Of a DNA stretch of 64,000 nucleotides, positions 1 through 9,094 are shown piece after piece. Source of the DNA: an uncultured Dehalococcoidales bacterium (GTDB taxonomy: Bacteria > Chloroflexota > Dehalococcoidia > GIF9 > UBA5629); NCBI GenBank assembly GCA_964554375.1, contig CAZKOL010000003.1:7206-71205 (forward strand), written 5' to 3'. Position 1 is the stretch's first letter; every line of letters begins with the position of its first letter. The notes under the pieces were generated by a model. That model was not told where the DNA came from and searched no databases. It saw nothing but the letters and a program-made list of their open reading frames with translations. A program made the position numbers and the translations under genes.

Positions 1-110
1 AACGGGGCTGCAACAATGGACCTTGCCGCAATGCTTAACATATTTCCTGTTGCGGCACTGGAACTGGTCAGAGATTAAATGTTTACTTTTTACAGATGCT
101 GTTTTATGGC

Positions 111-1964
111 TCATTCCATGAACTTATTTCCAAGCATCAGCATCGATAACGGTTGAACCGCAGCCTGCACTACTATGCTGCTTTTATCAGCCTTGATCAA
201 CGTGCCCTTACCACGCCATCGCTTGTCCTCTGAGTCAATTAGAGCGTACCATCCTCTGGAAAATATCGCTGAATCCAGCGGCACTGTGTGCTGACCGAAA
301 TTAAAGTATAGCGTCACGCAGCTTTCACCCAACCATCGGCGAATATGCAAAAGGCCATCAGCATTGTCAGATACCAGCATATGGCGCTTGCTTAAATTGG
401 ACAAAGCCGGTACATTGCGGCGCAATGAAATCAGCCGCCGATAGTACTCAAGCATTTCTCTGTGTCGTAGCAGTTGGGCGGATGGCATGTTCAGTGTCGA
501 CTTAAGCATCGTAGATGCAGACGCAGGGTCGGGGGGCTCCGTTTTCCACTTAAACGCTGCGAATTCTTCACGGCGCCCTTTTCTGACTGCCTCAATCAAT
601 TTACTGTCCGAGTGGTCGATAAAATATAGGAACGGGGCTTCCTCACCGTATTCCTCCCCCATAAAGATTAGCGGCAGGAAGGGGGAAAGCAGCACTGTAG
701 AGGCCGCCAGCTTCAACGCCTCAAATGACACAAGTTTGCTAAGCCGTTCGCCATACATACGGTTGCCTACCTGGTCATGGTTCTGGGAAAACACGACCAA
801 CTTGCTTGGTGCGGCCCTTCTGGACGAAGTGCCACGGCTGCGTTTCCAGAAGGTGGCATATTGACCGGAATAGATGAATCCTTCCGCAAATGTTTTTTCT
901 AGTTGATGCCTTTTGCCGTAATCCATGTAATATCCCGTTTTTTCTTTCGTAAGAACCATGTGCAAAGAATGATGAAAATCATCATTCCACACCGCGTCAA
1001 GGCCATAACCACCTGACTTGCGAGGTTTGATCAAACGGACATCATTGGAATTGCTTTCGGCGATAACATGGATTTTCCTGTTTAGTTTTTCCCCGAGGCC
1101 ATGCACAGCAGCAGTCAATTCTTCGAGTATATTAAGAGGGGAACAATCAAATATGGCATGAACTGCATCCAAACGCAGCGCATCTATATGAAAATCGTTC
1201 ACCCAGTAAAGCGCATTTTGGATAAAATAGTTTCTGACACCGTCGCTATATGGACCATCATAGTTGACGGCCTCTCCCCATGGAGTCTCGTACTTGCTTG
1301 TGAAATAAGGCGCGAAATCACGCAGGTAATTCCCTTCTGGCCCCAGGTGGTTGTAGACTACATCGAGTACCACCGCCAGGCCATTTTTGTGACACTCATC
1401 AACCAATTCCTGCAGTCCCGATGGTCCGCCGTAACTGTTCTGCACGGCATAGGGGAAAACGCCATCATAGCCCCAGTTGCGGCAACCCGGGAACTGGGCT
1501 ATCGGCATTAGTTCGATGGCAGTAATTCCCAAATGCTTGAAATATTCCAGTTGAGCTATCACCGCCTTGAAAGTCCCCTCGCGTGAAAAAGTCCCCACAT
1601 GTAACTCATAGAATATGTACTGCTCGATAGGTATGCCCTGCCAGCCCTGATCTGACCATGCATAGATCGTGCTGATTACTTGGGAAGGGCCATGCACGCC
1701 AGCCGGCTGAAATCTGGAAGCCGGGTCAGGTCGCTCAAGTTCATCGTCCAACCGAAGGTAATAAAGCGTCCCAGCCCCTATATTTTCTAGCTGCCCGAGG
1801 AAATATCCACCAGCTACTCTGCGTAATTCACTGTGGAAGTCATGAGGGCCGACAATATGTAAGTGTACATGTTTCCGTCCAGGAGCCCAGACATTGAATT
1901 CGCATATACCCGTGCCACTCAAAATAGCGCCCGGTTGAATGTATTTCTTTATATTACCCGACAA
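111..1964 (-). CDS. treZ: malto-oligosyltrehalose trehalohydrolase (GH13)
   Basis: 617 aa ORF with GH13 catalytic motifs (VLDVVYNHLGPEGNYL, GYDGVFPY) and an N-terminal E-set domain typical of TreZ. Confidence 0.75.
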   Translation of the reverse strand: MSGNIKKYIQPGAILSGTGICEFNVWAPGRKHVHLHIVGPHDFHSELRRVAGGYFLGQLENIGAGTLYYLRLDDELERPDPASRFQPAGVHGPSQVISTIYAWSDQGWQGIPIEQYIFYELHVGTFSREGTFKAVIAQLEYFKHLGITAIELMPIAQFPGCRNWGYDGVFPYAVQNSYGGPSGLQELVDECHKNGLAVVLDVVYNHLGPEGNYLRDFAPYFTSKYETPWGEAVNYDGPYSDGVRNYFIQNALYWVNDFHIDALRLDAVHAIFDCSPLNILEELTAAVHGLGEKLNRKIHVIAESNSNDVRLIKPRKSGGYGLDAVWNDDFHHSLHMVLTKEKTGYYMDYGKRHQLEKTFAEGFIYSGQYATFWKRSRGTSSRRAAPSKLVVFSQNHDQVGNRMYGERLSKLVSFEALKLAASTVLLSPFLPLIFMGEEYGEEAPFLYFIDHSDSKLIEAVRKGRREEFAAFKWKTEPPDPASASTMLKSTLNMPSAQLLRHREMLEYYRRLISLRRNVPALSNLSKRHMLVSDNADGLLHIRRWLGESCVTLYFNFGQHTVPLDSAIFSRGWYALIDSEDKRWRGKGTLIKADKSSIVVQAAVQPLSMLMLGNKFME

Positions 1965-1998
1965 TTGAATTTAATATCCTTCCCCAATCAATGCCGAT

Positions 1999-4146
1999 TT
2001 ACGCTGTTTTCTTTCCTGATAATCTGCGGAACAGGATCAGCGATCTGGATGGCACATGAATGAGTGAACCGCCTTTGATTCGGCTATCTTCTTTTGTTTG
2101 TGCGGACATATTTGTGTCCATTATTATTTCCCAGGTGGCTCCGCGCACGAAAGCAGGTAATTGAAACTCAACGTTTTCATGGCAGGAATTTAATATCATG
2201 AAGAAATCATCGTCAATGAGTGGACTGCCGTCTTCATTAAGCTCACGTGTGGCATGACCACTGAGACGTACACCGATACAACGTATCCATTCTGATTCCC
2301 AATCATTGTCAGTCATCTCCAGCCCATCAGGCCTCAGCCACATGACATCCTTGATTTCTGATCCATGTATAGCCCGCCCCTGGAAAAACTTCCTTCTGTG
2401 AAACACCGCGTGTGATTTCCGCAGCGCTATCAGTTTGCGGGTGAACTCGAGCAACGCCATTTTCCTCTCGTCCATCTCCCAATTCAACCAGCTTATCTCA
2501 TTATCCTGACAATAGGCATTATTATTGCCCTGCTGCGTCCTATAGAATTCATCCCCGGCGCTAAGCATTGGTATACCCTGTGACAGCATGAGTGTAGCAA
2601 TAAAATTGCGCTTCTGTCTTTCCCTCAATTCAATAATATCAGGGTCATCTGTTGGCCCTTCTTTTCCGCAATTCCATGAAAGGTTCAGATCGAGGCCGTC
2701 ACGGTTTTCTTCACCATTAGCTTCATTGTGCTTATCGTTGTAGCTGACCAGGTCTTCAAGAGTGAAGCCGTCATGGCAGGCCACGAAATTGATGCTGGCG
2801 TAGGGGCTCCTGCCATCCCATTCATATAGGTCGCTGCTTCCGGTCAGCCTATAGCCAAGTTCGGCCATTTGGCCGGCATCACCGCGCCAGAAGCGTCTAA
2901 GGGTATCGCGGTATTTGCCGTTCCATTCCGTCCAGAGCAAGGGGAAATTACCGACCTGGTAACCACCTTCCCCAATATCCCAAGGTTCAGCTATCAGCTT
3001 GACCTGCGAAATGACCGGGTCCTGGTGAATAATGTCAAAAAAGGCCGATAATTTATCCACATTTTTTGTTTCTCTGGCTAGAGCGGATGCCAGGTCGAAA
3101 CGGAAACCGTCAACGTGCATTTCACTGACCCAGTAGCGCAGGCTATCCATAACAAGTTGCAGGACCTGAGGATGATTGGCATTAAGAATGTTGCCGGTGC
3201 CGCTGTAGTCCATATAATAGCGTTTATTTTCTGGATATAACCGATAATAGGTGGGATTGTCAATGCCACGGAAGCTAAGTGTAGGACCGAGTTGATTACC
3301 CTCGGCTGTGTGATTGTACACCACGTCGAGTATGACTTCCAGTCCTGCGCGATGCAAGGCCTTGACCATTGCCTTGAACTCAGTCACCTGTTGGCCGGCA
3401 TCTCCCGTGCTGGAGTAAACTGCAGAAGGTGAAAAATAATTCAGGGTATTGTATCCCCAGTAGTTTGTCAGCCCTTTTTCCGCCAGGTGCTTGTCAGGTA
3501 CAAACGTGTGTATTGGCATCAACTCTATAGTCGTAACGCCAAGCTTCTTGAGATATTCAAGCACCGGGGGAGAGGCGAGAGCTGAGTATGTACCCCTGAG
3601 TTCAGGTGGGACCGACTGGTTCTTAATGCTAAAGCCTCTCACATGCAACTCGTAAATAATTGTCTCTGACCAGGGAATACGCGGCAATTGATCATTCTCC
3701 CAGGGGAACGAAGAATCTATCACAATGCATTTAGGCACATATCCCACATCATTTGTTGCTTCAAACGATAAGTCTGAATCAGGATGCCCGATGCTATACC
3801 CGAATATGGAAGCATCAGTATCTACAGATCCAGTCACCGCTTTGGAATATGGATCTATAAGCAGCTTGTTATGATTAAAACGCAGGCCGTTCTCCGGGTC
3901 ATAAGGTCCATAGACCCTGTATGCGTATGTCTGGCCGATGCATATTCCATGTACGCACGCATGCCAGATATGGGCAGTCACTTCTTGAAGTGATATTCGC
4001 TCGTTTTCTACAATGGCGGACGGGCTAGCGAAAAGGCACAATTCAATCTTTTCTGCATGTTCAGAGTAAATGGCAAAATTGACACCGTCACCCAACCATG
4101 TACTGCCCAGAGGGTACGGTTTTCCTAATGTAACGCTTCTGACCAT
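1999..4146 (-). CDS. glgX: glycogen debranching enzyme / isoamylase (GH13)
   Basis: 715 aa. N-terminus (LGSTWLGDGVNFAIYSEHAEKIELCLF) and catalytic blocks (ILDVVYNHT, GFRFDLAS, EPWD) match GlgX/TreX. Confidence 0.8.
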   Translation of the reverse strand: MVRSVTLGKPYPLGSTWLGDGVNFAIYSEHAEKIELCLFASPSAIVENERISLQEVTAHIWHACVHGICIGQTYAYRVYGPYDPENGLRFNHNKLLIDPYSKAVTGSVDTDASIFGYSIGHPDSDLSFEATNDVGYVPKCIVIDSSFPWENDQLPRIPWSETIIYELHVRGFSIKNQSVPPELRGTYSALASPPVLEYLKKLGVTTIELMPIHTFVPDKHLAEKGLTNYWGYNTLNYFSPSAVYSSTGDAGQQVTEFKAMVKALHRAGLEVILDVVYNHTAEGNQLGPTLSFRGIDNPTYYRLYPENKRYYMDYSGTGNILNANHPQVLQLVMDSLRYWVSEMHVDGFRFDLASALARETKNVDKLSAFFDIIHQDPVISQVKLIAEPWDIGEGGYQVGNFPLLWTEWNGKYRDTLRRFWRGDAGQMAELGYRLTGSSDLYEWDGRSPYASINFVACHDGFTLEDLVSYNDKHNEANGEENRDGLDLNLSWNCGKEGPTDDPDIIELRERQKRNFIATLMLSQGIPMLSAGDEFYRTQQGNNNAYCQDNEISWLNWEMDERKMALLEFTRKLIALRKSHAVFHRRKFFQGRAIHGSEIKDVMWLRPDGLEMTDNDWESEWIRCIGVRLSGHATRELNEDGSPLIDDDFFMILNSCHENVEFQLPAFVRGATWEIIMDTNMSAQTKEDSRIKGGSLIHVPSRSLILFRRLSGKKTA

Positions 4147-4271
4147 AAAATCTCAGTAGCAAATTATACAATAGTTAGCGGTAAAAGCCTATGATCCGCA
4201 TTGCATCATAATTATTGTTACCGAAAGTAGTATCGTTGCCTCAAAAGTAGTGTTACCCAAGGGAGGAACAC

Positions 4272-4690
4272 ATGACACGAGGCAGAATACTGGAATACTT
4301 GCAAGCTGATAGAGGAAGGTATCTAAGAGCAATCAAAGCGGAGAAGAAAAAAGTCCTGGATGAGTTTGTCAGGGTAACTGGTTATCATCGAAAGTCAGCT
4401 ATTAGGGCATTGAATAGGCCAGATCACGTTAAGCGAATTGGAAAACGTGGCCGTCCGAGATAATACCAATCTTCGGTTTCCAGCGAATTGAAGTATCTGT
4501 GGGAGATAACTGACCATTTGTGCAGTAAGCGTTTGCATCCCCTCTTACCTTAGATTTTGAATGTCTTAAAGAGGAGTGTCGGTCACATCATCAGTCCCGA
4601 AGTAGAGACTGGCCTGAGAGCGCTTAGCCCATCGACTGTAGATAGACTATTGAGGACCTGTCACCAGAAAGGGGCCTGATTTATGACGCA
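4272..4690 (+). pseudogene. decayed transposase (integrase-core type) N-terminal remnant
   Basis: The 63 aa ORF (VTGYHRKSAIRALNRP) continues in two shifted frames (SELKYLWEITDHLCSKRLHPLLP; ILNVLKRSVGHIISPEVETGLRALSPSTVDRLL) typical of IS transposase N-termini. No catalytic domain follows. Confidence 0.45.
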
Positions 4691-4954
4691 ATGATCACTC
4701 ACCGGGGAACACTTATTTTGACGCAACACGTGACCCACAAAACTAACATTATGGCTGGTACCAAAAAGGGGAGGTCCTCACACACTTGTACTACTGATTG
4801 GGAATCCCCTGCATTTGATCTAAATCATTATTTGCTGCAACGATGCGCCTTTTAACGGGATATCCAATTCCTTTGAGACTATCGAGCCTCACCCATCGGA
4901 AGTAGTATTGGTATTGTAGTCAGCAGTTTTGAAATACCGCGTATTTGAGATAAA

Positions 4955-6808
4955 TCAATCCGGGCTCGTGGAATCAGGCGCAAGAGGAATAGTAAAACTG
5001 AAAGTACTTCCTTTGTCCAATTCACTTTCCACCCATATTTTTCCCCCATGCATTTCAACCATGGACTTGGTAATGCTCAAACCCAGGCCGGTTCCTCCGG
5101 TTTTACGTGTTACAGAATTATCCACTCTGTAAAACTTGGTGAATAATTTAAACTGCTCGTCAGCCGAAATTCCAATGCCACTATCCACTATATCTACCTG
5201 TCCATACTTTTCAATACTATGTGCTCGTACTGTTATTGATCCACCTTTTGTAATGTATTTACAGGCATTACTGATCAGGTTGGTCAGAATCTGAGTAAGA
5301 CGAGCGTTGTCCGCAAGTACAATTATGCGATTCTCCGGCATATTAAGATGTACTTCTGTTTCTTTTTCTTCCAATTGTGTTTGAAGCGAGGCAATGACTG
5401 AGTACACAATTTCCTGAAGGGTAATAGCTTTTATCTTCAGATCAACTCGCCCTGCTTCAATCCGAGAAATATCCAGCAAGTCGCTGACCAATGTTATCAG
5501 CCTATCAGAACTACCACGAACGATTTCAAGATAGCTTCTCTGTTCTTGACTAATAGCACCTGCTTCGCCATCCAATATCATATCTACAAAGCCTTTAATT
5601 GAGGTTATTGGGGTGCGAAGCTCATGCGAAACCATTGAAACGAACTCTGTCTTCAGCTGGTCTACTCGATCAAGCTCAGTAATATCATGGATAGCAAAAA
5701 CACAACGCCCTGACTGTCCAAACTGCCCTTTGATTGCCTGAATATTAATTTCAAGCACCAAATCTCGAAGTCGTTTTTTCACAACACAACCTGGTTTATC
5801 AAGCTGCTGCACTAAGATATCAGTTAGCTCACGTTGAGAAAGTCCCAGATAAGCCTCGATGTTGTTACCAATCATTTCTTCTGCAGAATGACCGAAAATT
5901 TTCTCGGTGGTTGGATTCAGAGACAAAATATTATTTGCAGAATCCAAGACAATTATCCCCTCGGCCATACTTGAGAGAATTGCTTGAATCTCATCTCTTT
6001 GATTAGTTATTTCGCGCGAAAGAGCTTCAATTCTATCTGTATATACTTTCAACTTATCGTATTCTGGCTTCATCGAATATGGGCCGTAGTTTACGATAAT
6101 ACTATGGTTCAGTCTTCTGTTAGTGATTGTAGTAATACTAAGGTTTGGAGCTTTTATCTTAGTCATCCTTAAGCCTATTTCATCAATATAACCTTCCTCA
6201 CCAGTAACCAATCTTATATAATCACGTTTTTTTACCCTACCTGTAGCAGTAATCTCAAATCCGGCAAAAATATCACCAAAAGTGTCGCGGAGGGCCAGGA
6301 ACATAACTAAAATTAGAATCCCGATACCGAGTAAAACCGCATTTGTCGGCACCCCCCAGATACTTAGAAGAGTTAACGCCACTACCACAAGCAGTAGTAT
6401 TAAAGCCGTCCGCTTTACAGTGGCCAGAAAGGATGACGGAATCTCCAATTTTTCCGAATATATTTTTATAAGCTTGTCTGCCATTCTGATAAAAACCCAC
6501 ACAATAGAGAGTATCAGTATGGTCCATAAGGCTTTCTCAGAAATCGATATCCAATCTTCAGGGAGCGCCGATACCGCTAAAGCCAGCGCTATACCGATGA
6601 TAATAAACCAAAAAAAAGAGGGGGCTTTTACCGTGCTAATTATCGCTATATTGCCTTCCCATTGTGCCTTATCCGCCCACCGATCAAACATATTCCAGCA
6701 TAATCTCCATAATGAATATCCTACTAGTATTACTAACAAGAACAATCCTGCAGGGATTAATACTCCGGACCATTCCTGAATTATCTGGATTATCTTTGAT
6801 TCATCCAT
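4955..6808 (-). CDS. MscS-like mechanosensitive channel domain - PAS - histidine kinase fusion
   Basis: N-terminal TM helices plus an MscS beta-domain signature (GDIFAGFEI...[36 protein letters not shown]). These are followed by PAS ([34 protein letters not shown]), HisKA (SHELRTP) and HATPase_c (GGTGLGLSI) domains. Confidence 0.75.
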   Translation of the reverse strand: MDESKIIQIIQEWSGVLIPAGLFLLVILVGYSLWRLCWNMFDRWADKAQWEGNIAIISTVKAPSFFWFIIIGIALALAVSALPEDWISISEKALWTILILSIVWVFIRMADKLIKIYSEKLEIPSSFLATVKRTALILLLVVVALTLLSIWGVPTNAVLLGIGILILVMFLALRDTFGDIFAGFEITATGRVKKRDYIRLVTGEEGYIDEIGLRMTKIKAPNLSITTITNRRLNHSIIVNYGPYSMKPEYDKLKVYTDRIEALSREITNQRDEIQAILSSMAEGIIVLDSANNILSLNPTTEKIFGHSAEEMIGNNIEAYLGLSQRELTDILVQQLDKPGCVVKKRLRDLVLEINIQAIKGQFGQSGRCVFAIHDITELDRVDQLKTEFVSMVSHELRTPITSIKGFVDMILDGEAGAISQEQRSYLEIVRGSSDRLITLVSDLLDISRIEAGRVDLKIKAITLQEIVYSVIASLQTQLEEKETEVHLNMPENRIIVLADNARLTQILTNLISNACKYITKGGSITVRAHSIEKYGQVDIVDSGIGISADEQFKLFTKFYRVDNSVTRKTGGTGLGLSITKSMVEMHGGKIWVESELDKGSTFSFTIPLAPDSTSPD

Positions 6809-6832
6809 TATTGCAGCAATCCAAAGTGGTAA

Positions 6833-7534
6833 CTAAAAAGGGGCGTCTCCTGGGATAACCACCAGACCATTTTCAGTAATGCGCATTCTATTCATGCCAG
6901 TATCATGTTTCGTACCACGCAATTTTGTTATCTGAATAGAACGAGATACAGGAGTGGTGTGAAGAACAATGACACCCTGAGCTATAAACTCTTCCACCCC
7001 ATATCGGCTGATCATATTTCCTTCTTGCGGCATTTCCGTTATGAGAATTGTGGTACACCCCAATTCACGCAGCAAGGAGCTCAAGCGCATAATATCGCGG
7101 CGAAGGCATAGCACGTCGGAATAGGGCAGCCCCAACTGAGACAGAGAGTCAAATACGATACGTTTGGCATCTATTTCCATTACCTGTTTATGTATAATAT
7201 CTAACATAGTATCAATTTTAACTTCATTACCGGGTAACTCGAACGGAGTGGGAGATTGCACAAATCTTAATTTACCCGTCTTGTTTAAACCTTCAAGGTC
7301 CCAACCATATCGTCCCATGTCTTGAGTTACATCAGAGATCTCTTCTTGTAATGTTACAAAAACACCATTTTCAGCATATTTGGTAGCCCCATTATAGAGA
7401 TACTGAATACCAAATGTAGTCTTCGCGGAGCCAGCTGCACCTGTAAGCAGGATTGTGCGTCCTCGTGGGAAGCCACCCTCTATGAGATCGTCAAATCCGG
7501 TTATTCCTGTTGGGACCCTCTCTATATCGGTCAT
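6833..7534 (-). CDS. single-domain KaiC-like RecA-superfamily ATPase
   Basis: TGITGFDDLIEGGFPRGRTILLTGAAGSAKTTFGIQYL matches the KaiC/RadA-like N-lobe. Strong RBS AGGAAAGGGAG. The Walker A is deviant (GAAGSAKT). Confidence 0.7.
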   Translation of the reverse strand: MTDIERVPTGITGFDDLIEGGFPRGRTILLTGAAGSAKTTFGIQYLYNGATKYAENGVFVTLQEEISDVTQDMGRYGWDLEGLNKTGKLRFVQSPTPFELPGNEVKIDTMLDIIHKQVMEIDAKRIVFDSLSQLGLPYSDVLCLRRDIMRLSSLLRELGCTTILITEMPQEGNMISRYGVEEFIAQGVIVLHTTPVSRSIQITKLRGTKHDTGMNRMRITENGLVVIPGDAPF

Positions 7535-7563
7535 CTCCCTTTCCTCTGTTTATAGTTATTTTT

Positions 7564-7818
7564 TCAGGCAGAATAGCGGGCTAATCTCGGATCTTTAAAG
7601 CGAAGAGCAAACAGCCTTGGCTTATCCCCGAGGCTAAATATCAGCTCTTTTTGCTGTAGATTATAAAGCACGCTGTGTATCTTAGAAAACGGAATATCGC
7701 ACAGAGCGCTGATAACCTTGGCGGTAGATTCGCCCTCCTGATTTAAGAATCTGAAGACTTTTATTTCATCTTCACTTAAATTGAGCAACTCAGGGTATCT
7801 GTCAATAAAAGCACTCAT
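7564..7818 (-). CDS. small winged-helix DNA-binding protein
   Basis: 84 aa from the ATG that has a GGGAGGG RBS. HTH-like segment STAKVISALCDIPFSKIHSVLYNLQQKEL. Sits between the two KaiC-like genes. Confidence 0.4.
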   Translation of the reverse strand: MSAFIDRYPELLNLSEDEIKVFRFLNQEGESTAKVISALCDIPFSKIHSVLYNLQQKELIFSLGDKPRLFALRFKDPRLARYSA

Positions 7819-7870
7819 AGTGTACTGCCCTCCCATTCCTTTCGCTCACGATGGAAAATAAAATCATTCA

Positions 7871-8986
7871 TCATTCAAGCGTCACCCATTCCCTTGAAAA
7901 CTTCGACCATTTCATATTGGCAACTCGGGCCATATGCGCATCCTGTATCTTTAACTCAATGACCACATCCATCAGATATTTCACATTATTTATTTCACGT
8001 TCATTGATGGACCCTTCTTCCACAATAAAGATACTGGAGACACCTCCATAACTTGATGCAGTGCGTGCAAGCTGAGCCAGGAACCGCTGGACTAAGACCA
8101 GTTCGAAATTGATAAACAAGCTGCTAACTGAATCTATTATCCTCCTTCCCCCGGACTTATCGGTGATCGTCTGCCCTAATTCCAAGCCAGCATCTGAAAT
8201 GATGGCAGCCAGCTGATTGAGGTCCATCATGCCGCTGATAGCAAACTTTTCATCACTTTTCACTACGCCTCTATTCCAGCTGAAGCAGTCCACCATACGG
8301 AACATGCTCTCCTGCTCGTATTGAATGAGGCTGTTTTTACCGAGCATCTCACCCAATATTTCTCTAATCATGGCAGGATCATCATCCAATGTTATTACCA
8401 TACACCTCTCTCCACTTAACATGCCTGCCGTGACGAATTGACGTGCTAAAGTGCTCTTGCCTGAACCAGTATCCCCGATAAACAATATGTTACTTCCTGG
8501 AGGTATACCTCCATCAAGCGCTACATCAAGGTTGGGCACACCGGTGGACACTCGCGTGGCTGGAGGAGGTTTCTCAATAATTTTTGCTGTTACAGCGGCT
8601 GTCTCATCTATAAAAGGCATTGAACGATTAAGCAATGCTGTAATCCGCGCACGTAACACGGGCATACTGAAAGGTTTAGTCACAAAATCATCTACCCCGT
8701 CACGGAAAGCCTTTAAAGCATCCTGTTCTTGCTGAAGCGCTGTCAACATAATTATCGGCAGAGCGCGTGTTTCCGGCATATTGCGTAATTCCCGTGCAAG
8801 TTCATAGCCATCTTTATCAGGCATCATTGCATCGGTAATTATGATGTCGGGCTTTCTCATCTTTATCATCGACAGTGCATCTGCAGCATTTTCAAAAGCA
8901 GCTACTTCAAAACCAGCCTTCCTCAACCCTGTTTTTAAAAGGCGTAAGATTCCAGGATCATCATCGATAATTATTACATAGCTCAT
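7871..8986 (-). CDS. response-regulator receiver domain fused to KaiC-like ATPase
   Basis: REC domain (IIIDDDPGILRLL...DIIITDAMMPDKDGYEL) followed by a KaiC-like domain with Walker A GDTGSGKST. Start chosen at the ATG with a GGAG RBS; the ORF-track start is an upstream TTG. Confidence 0.7.
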   Translation of the reverse strand: MSYVIIIDDDPGILRLLKTGLRKAGFEVAAFENAADALSMIKMRKPDIIITDAMMPDKDGYELARELRNMPETRALPIIMLTALQQEQDALKAFRDGVDDFVTKPFSMPVLRARITALLNRSMPFIDETAAVTAKIIEKPPPATRVSTGVPNLDVALDGGIPPGSNILFIGDTGSGKSTLARQFVTAGMLSGERCMVITLDDDPAMIREILGEMLGKNSLIQYEQESMFRMVDCFSWNRGVVKSDEKFAISGMMDLNQLAAIISDAGLELGQTITDKSGGRRIIDSVSSLFINFELVLVQRFLAQLARTASSYGGVSSIFIVEEGSINEREINNVKYLMDVVIELKIQDAHMARVANMKWSKFSREWVTLE

Positions 8987-9094
8987 GCGGTTCTCCGCCA
9001 AACAAACCCGGCTAGATAATTAGCCTTGATCTTACTTATTATTCTATATCCATTTCCTTCATTGCAGACTACATGATAGTTCATAATAGATAAT

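Noticed and set aside
487-1511. Plus-strand ORFs (125 and 136 aa) inside treZ
   Set aside because: They lie entirely antisense to a well-supported GH13 gene. Low-complexity translations with no RBS are typical shadow ORFs in GC-rich coding DNA.
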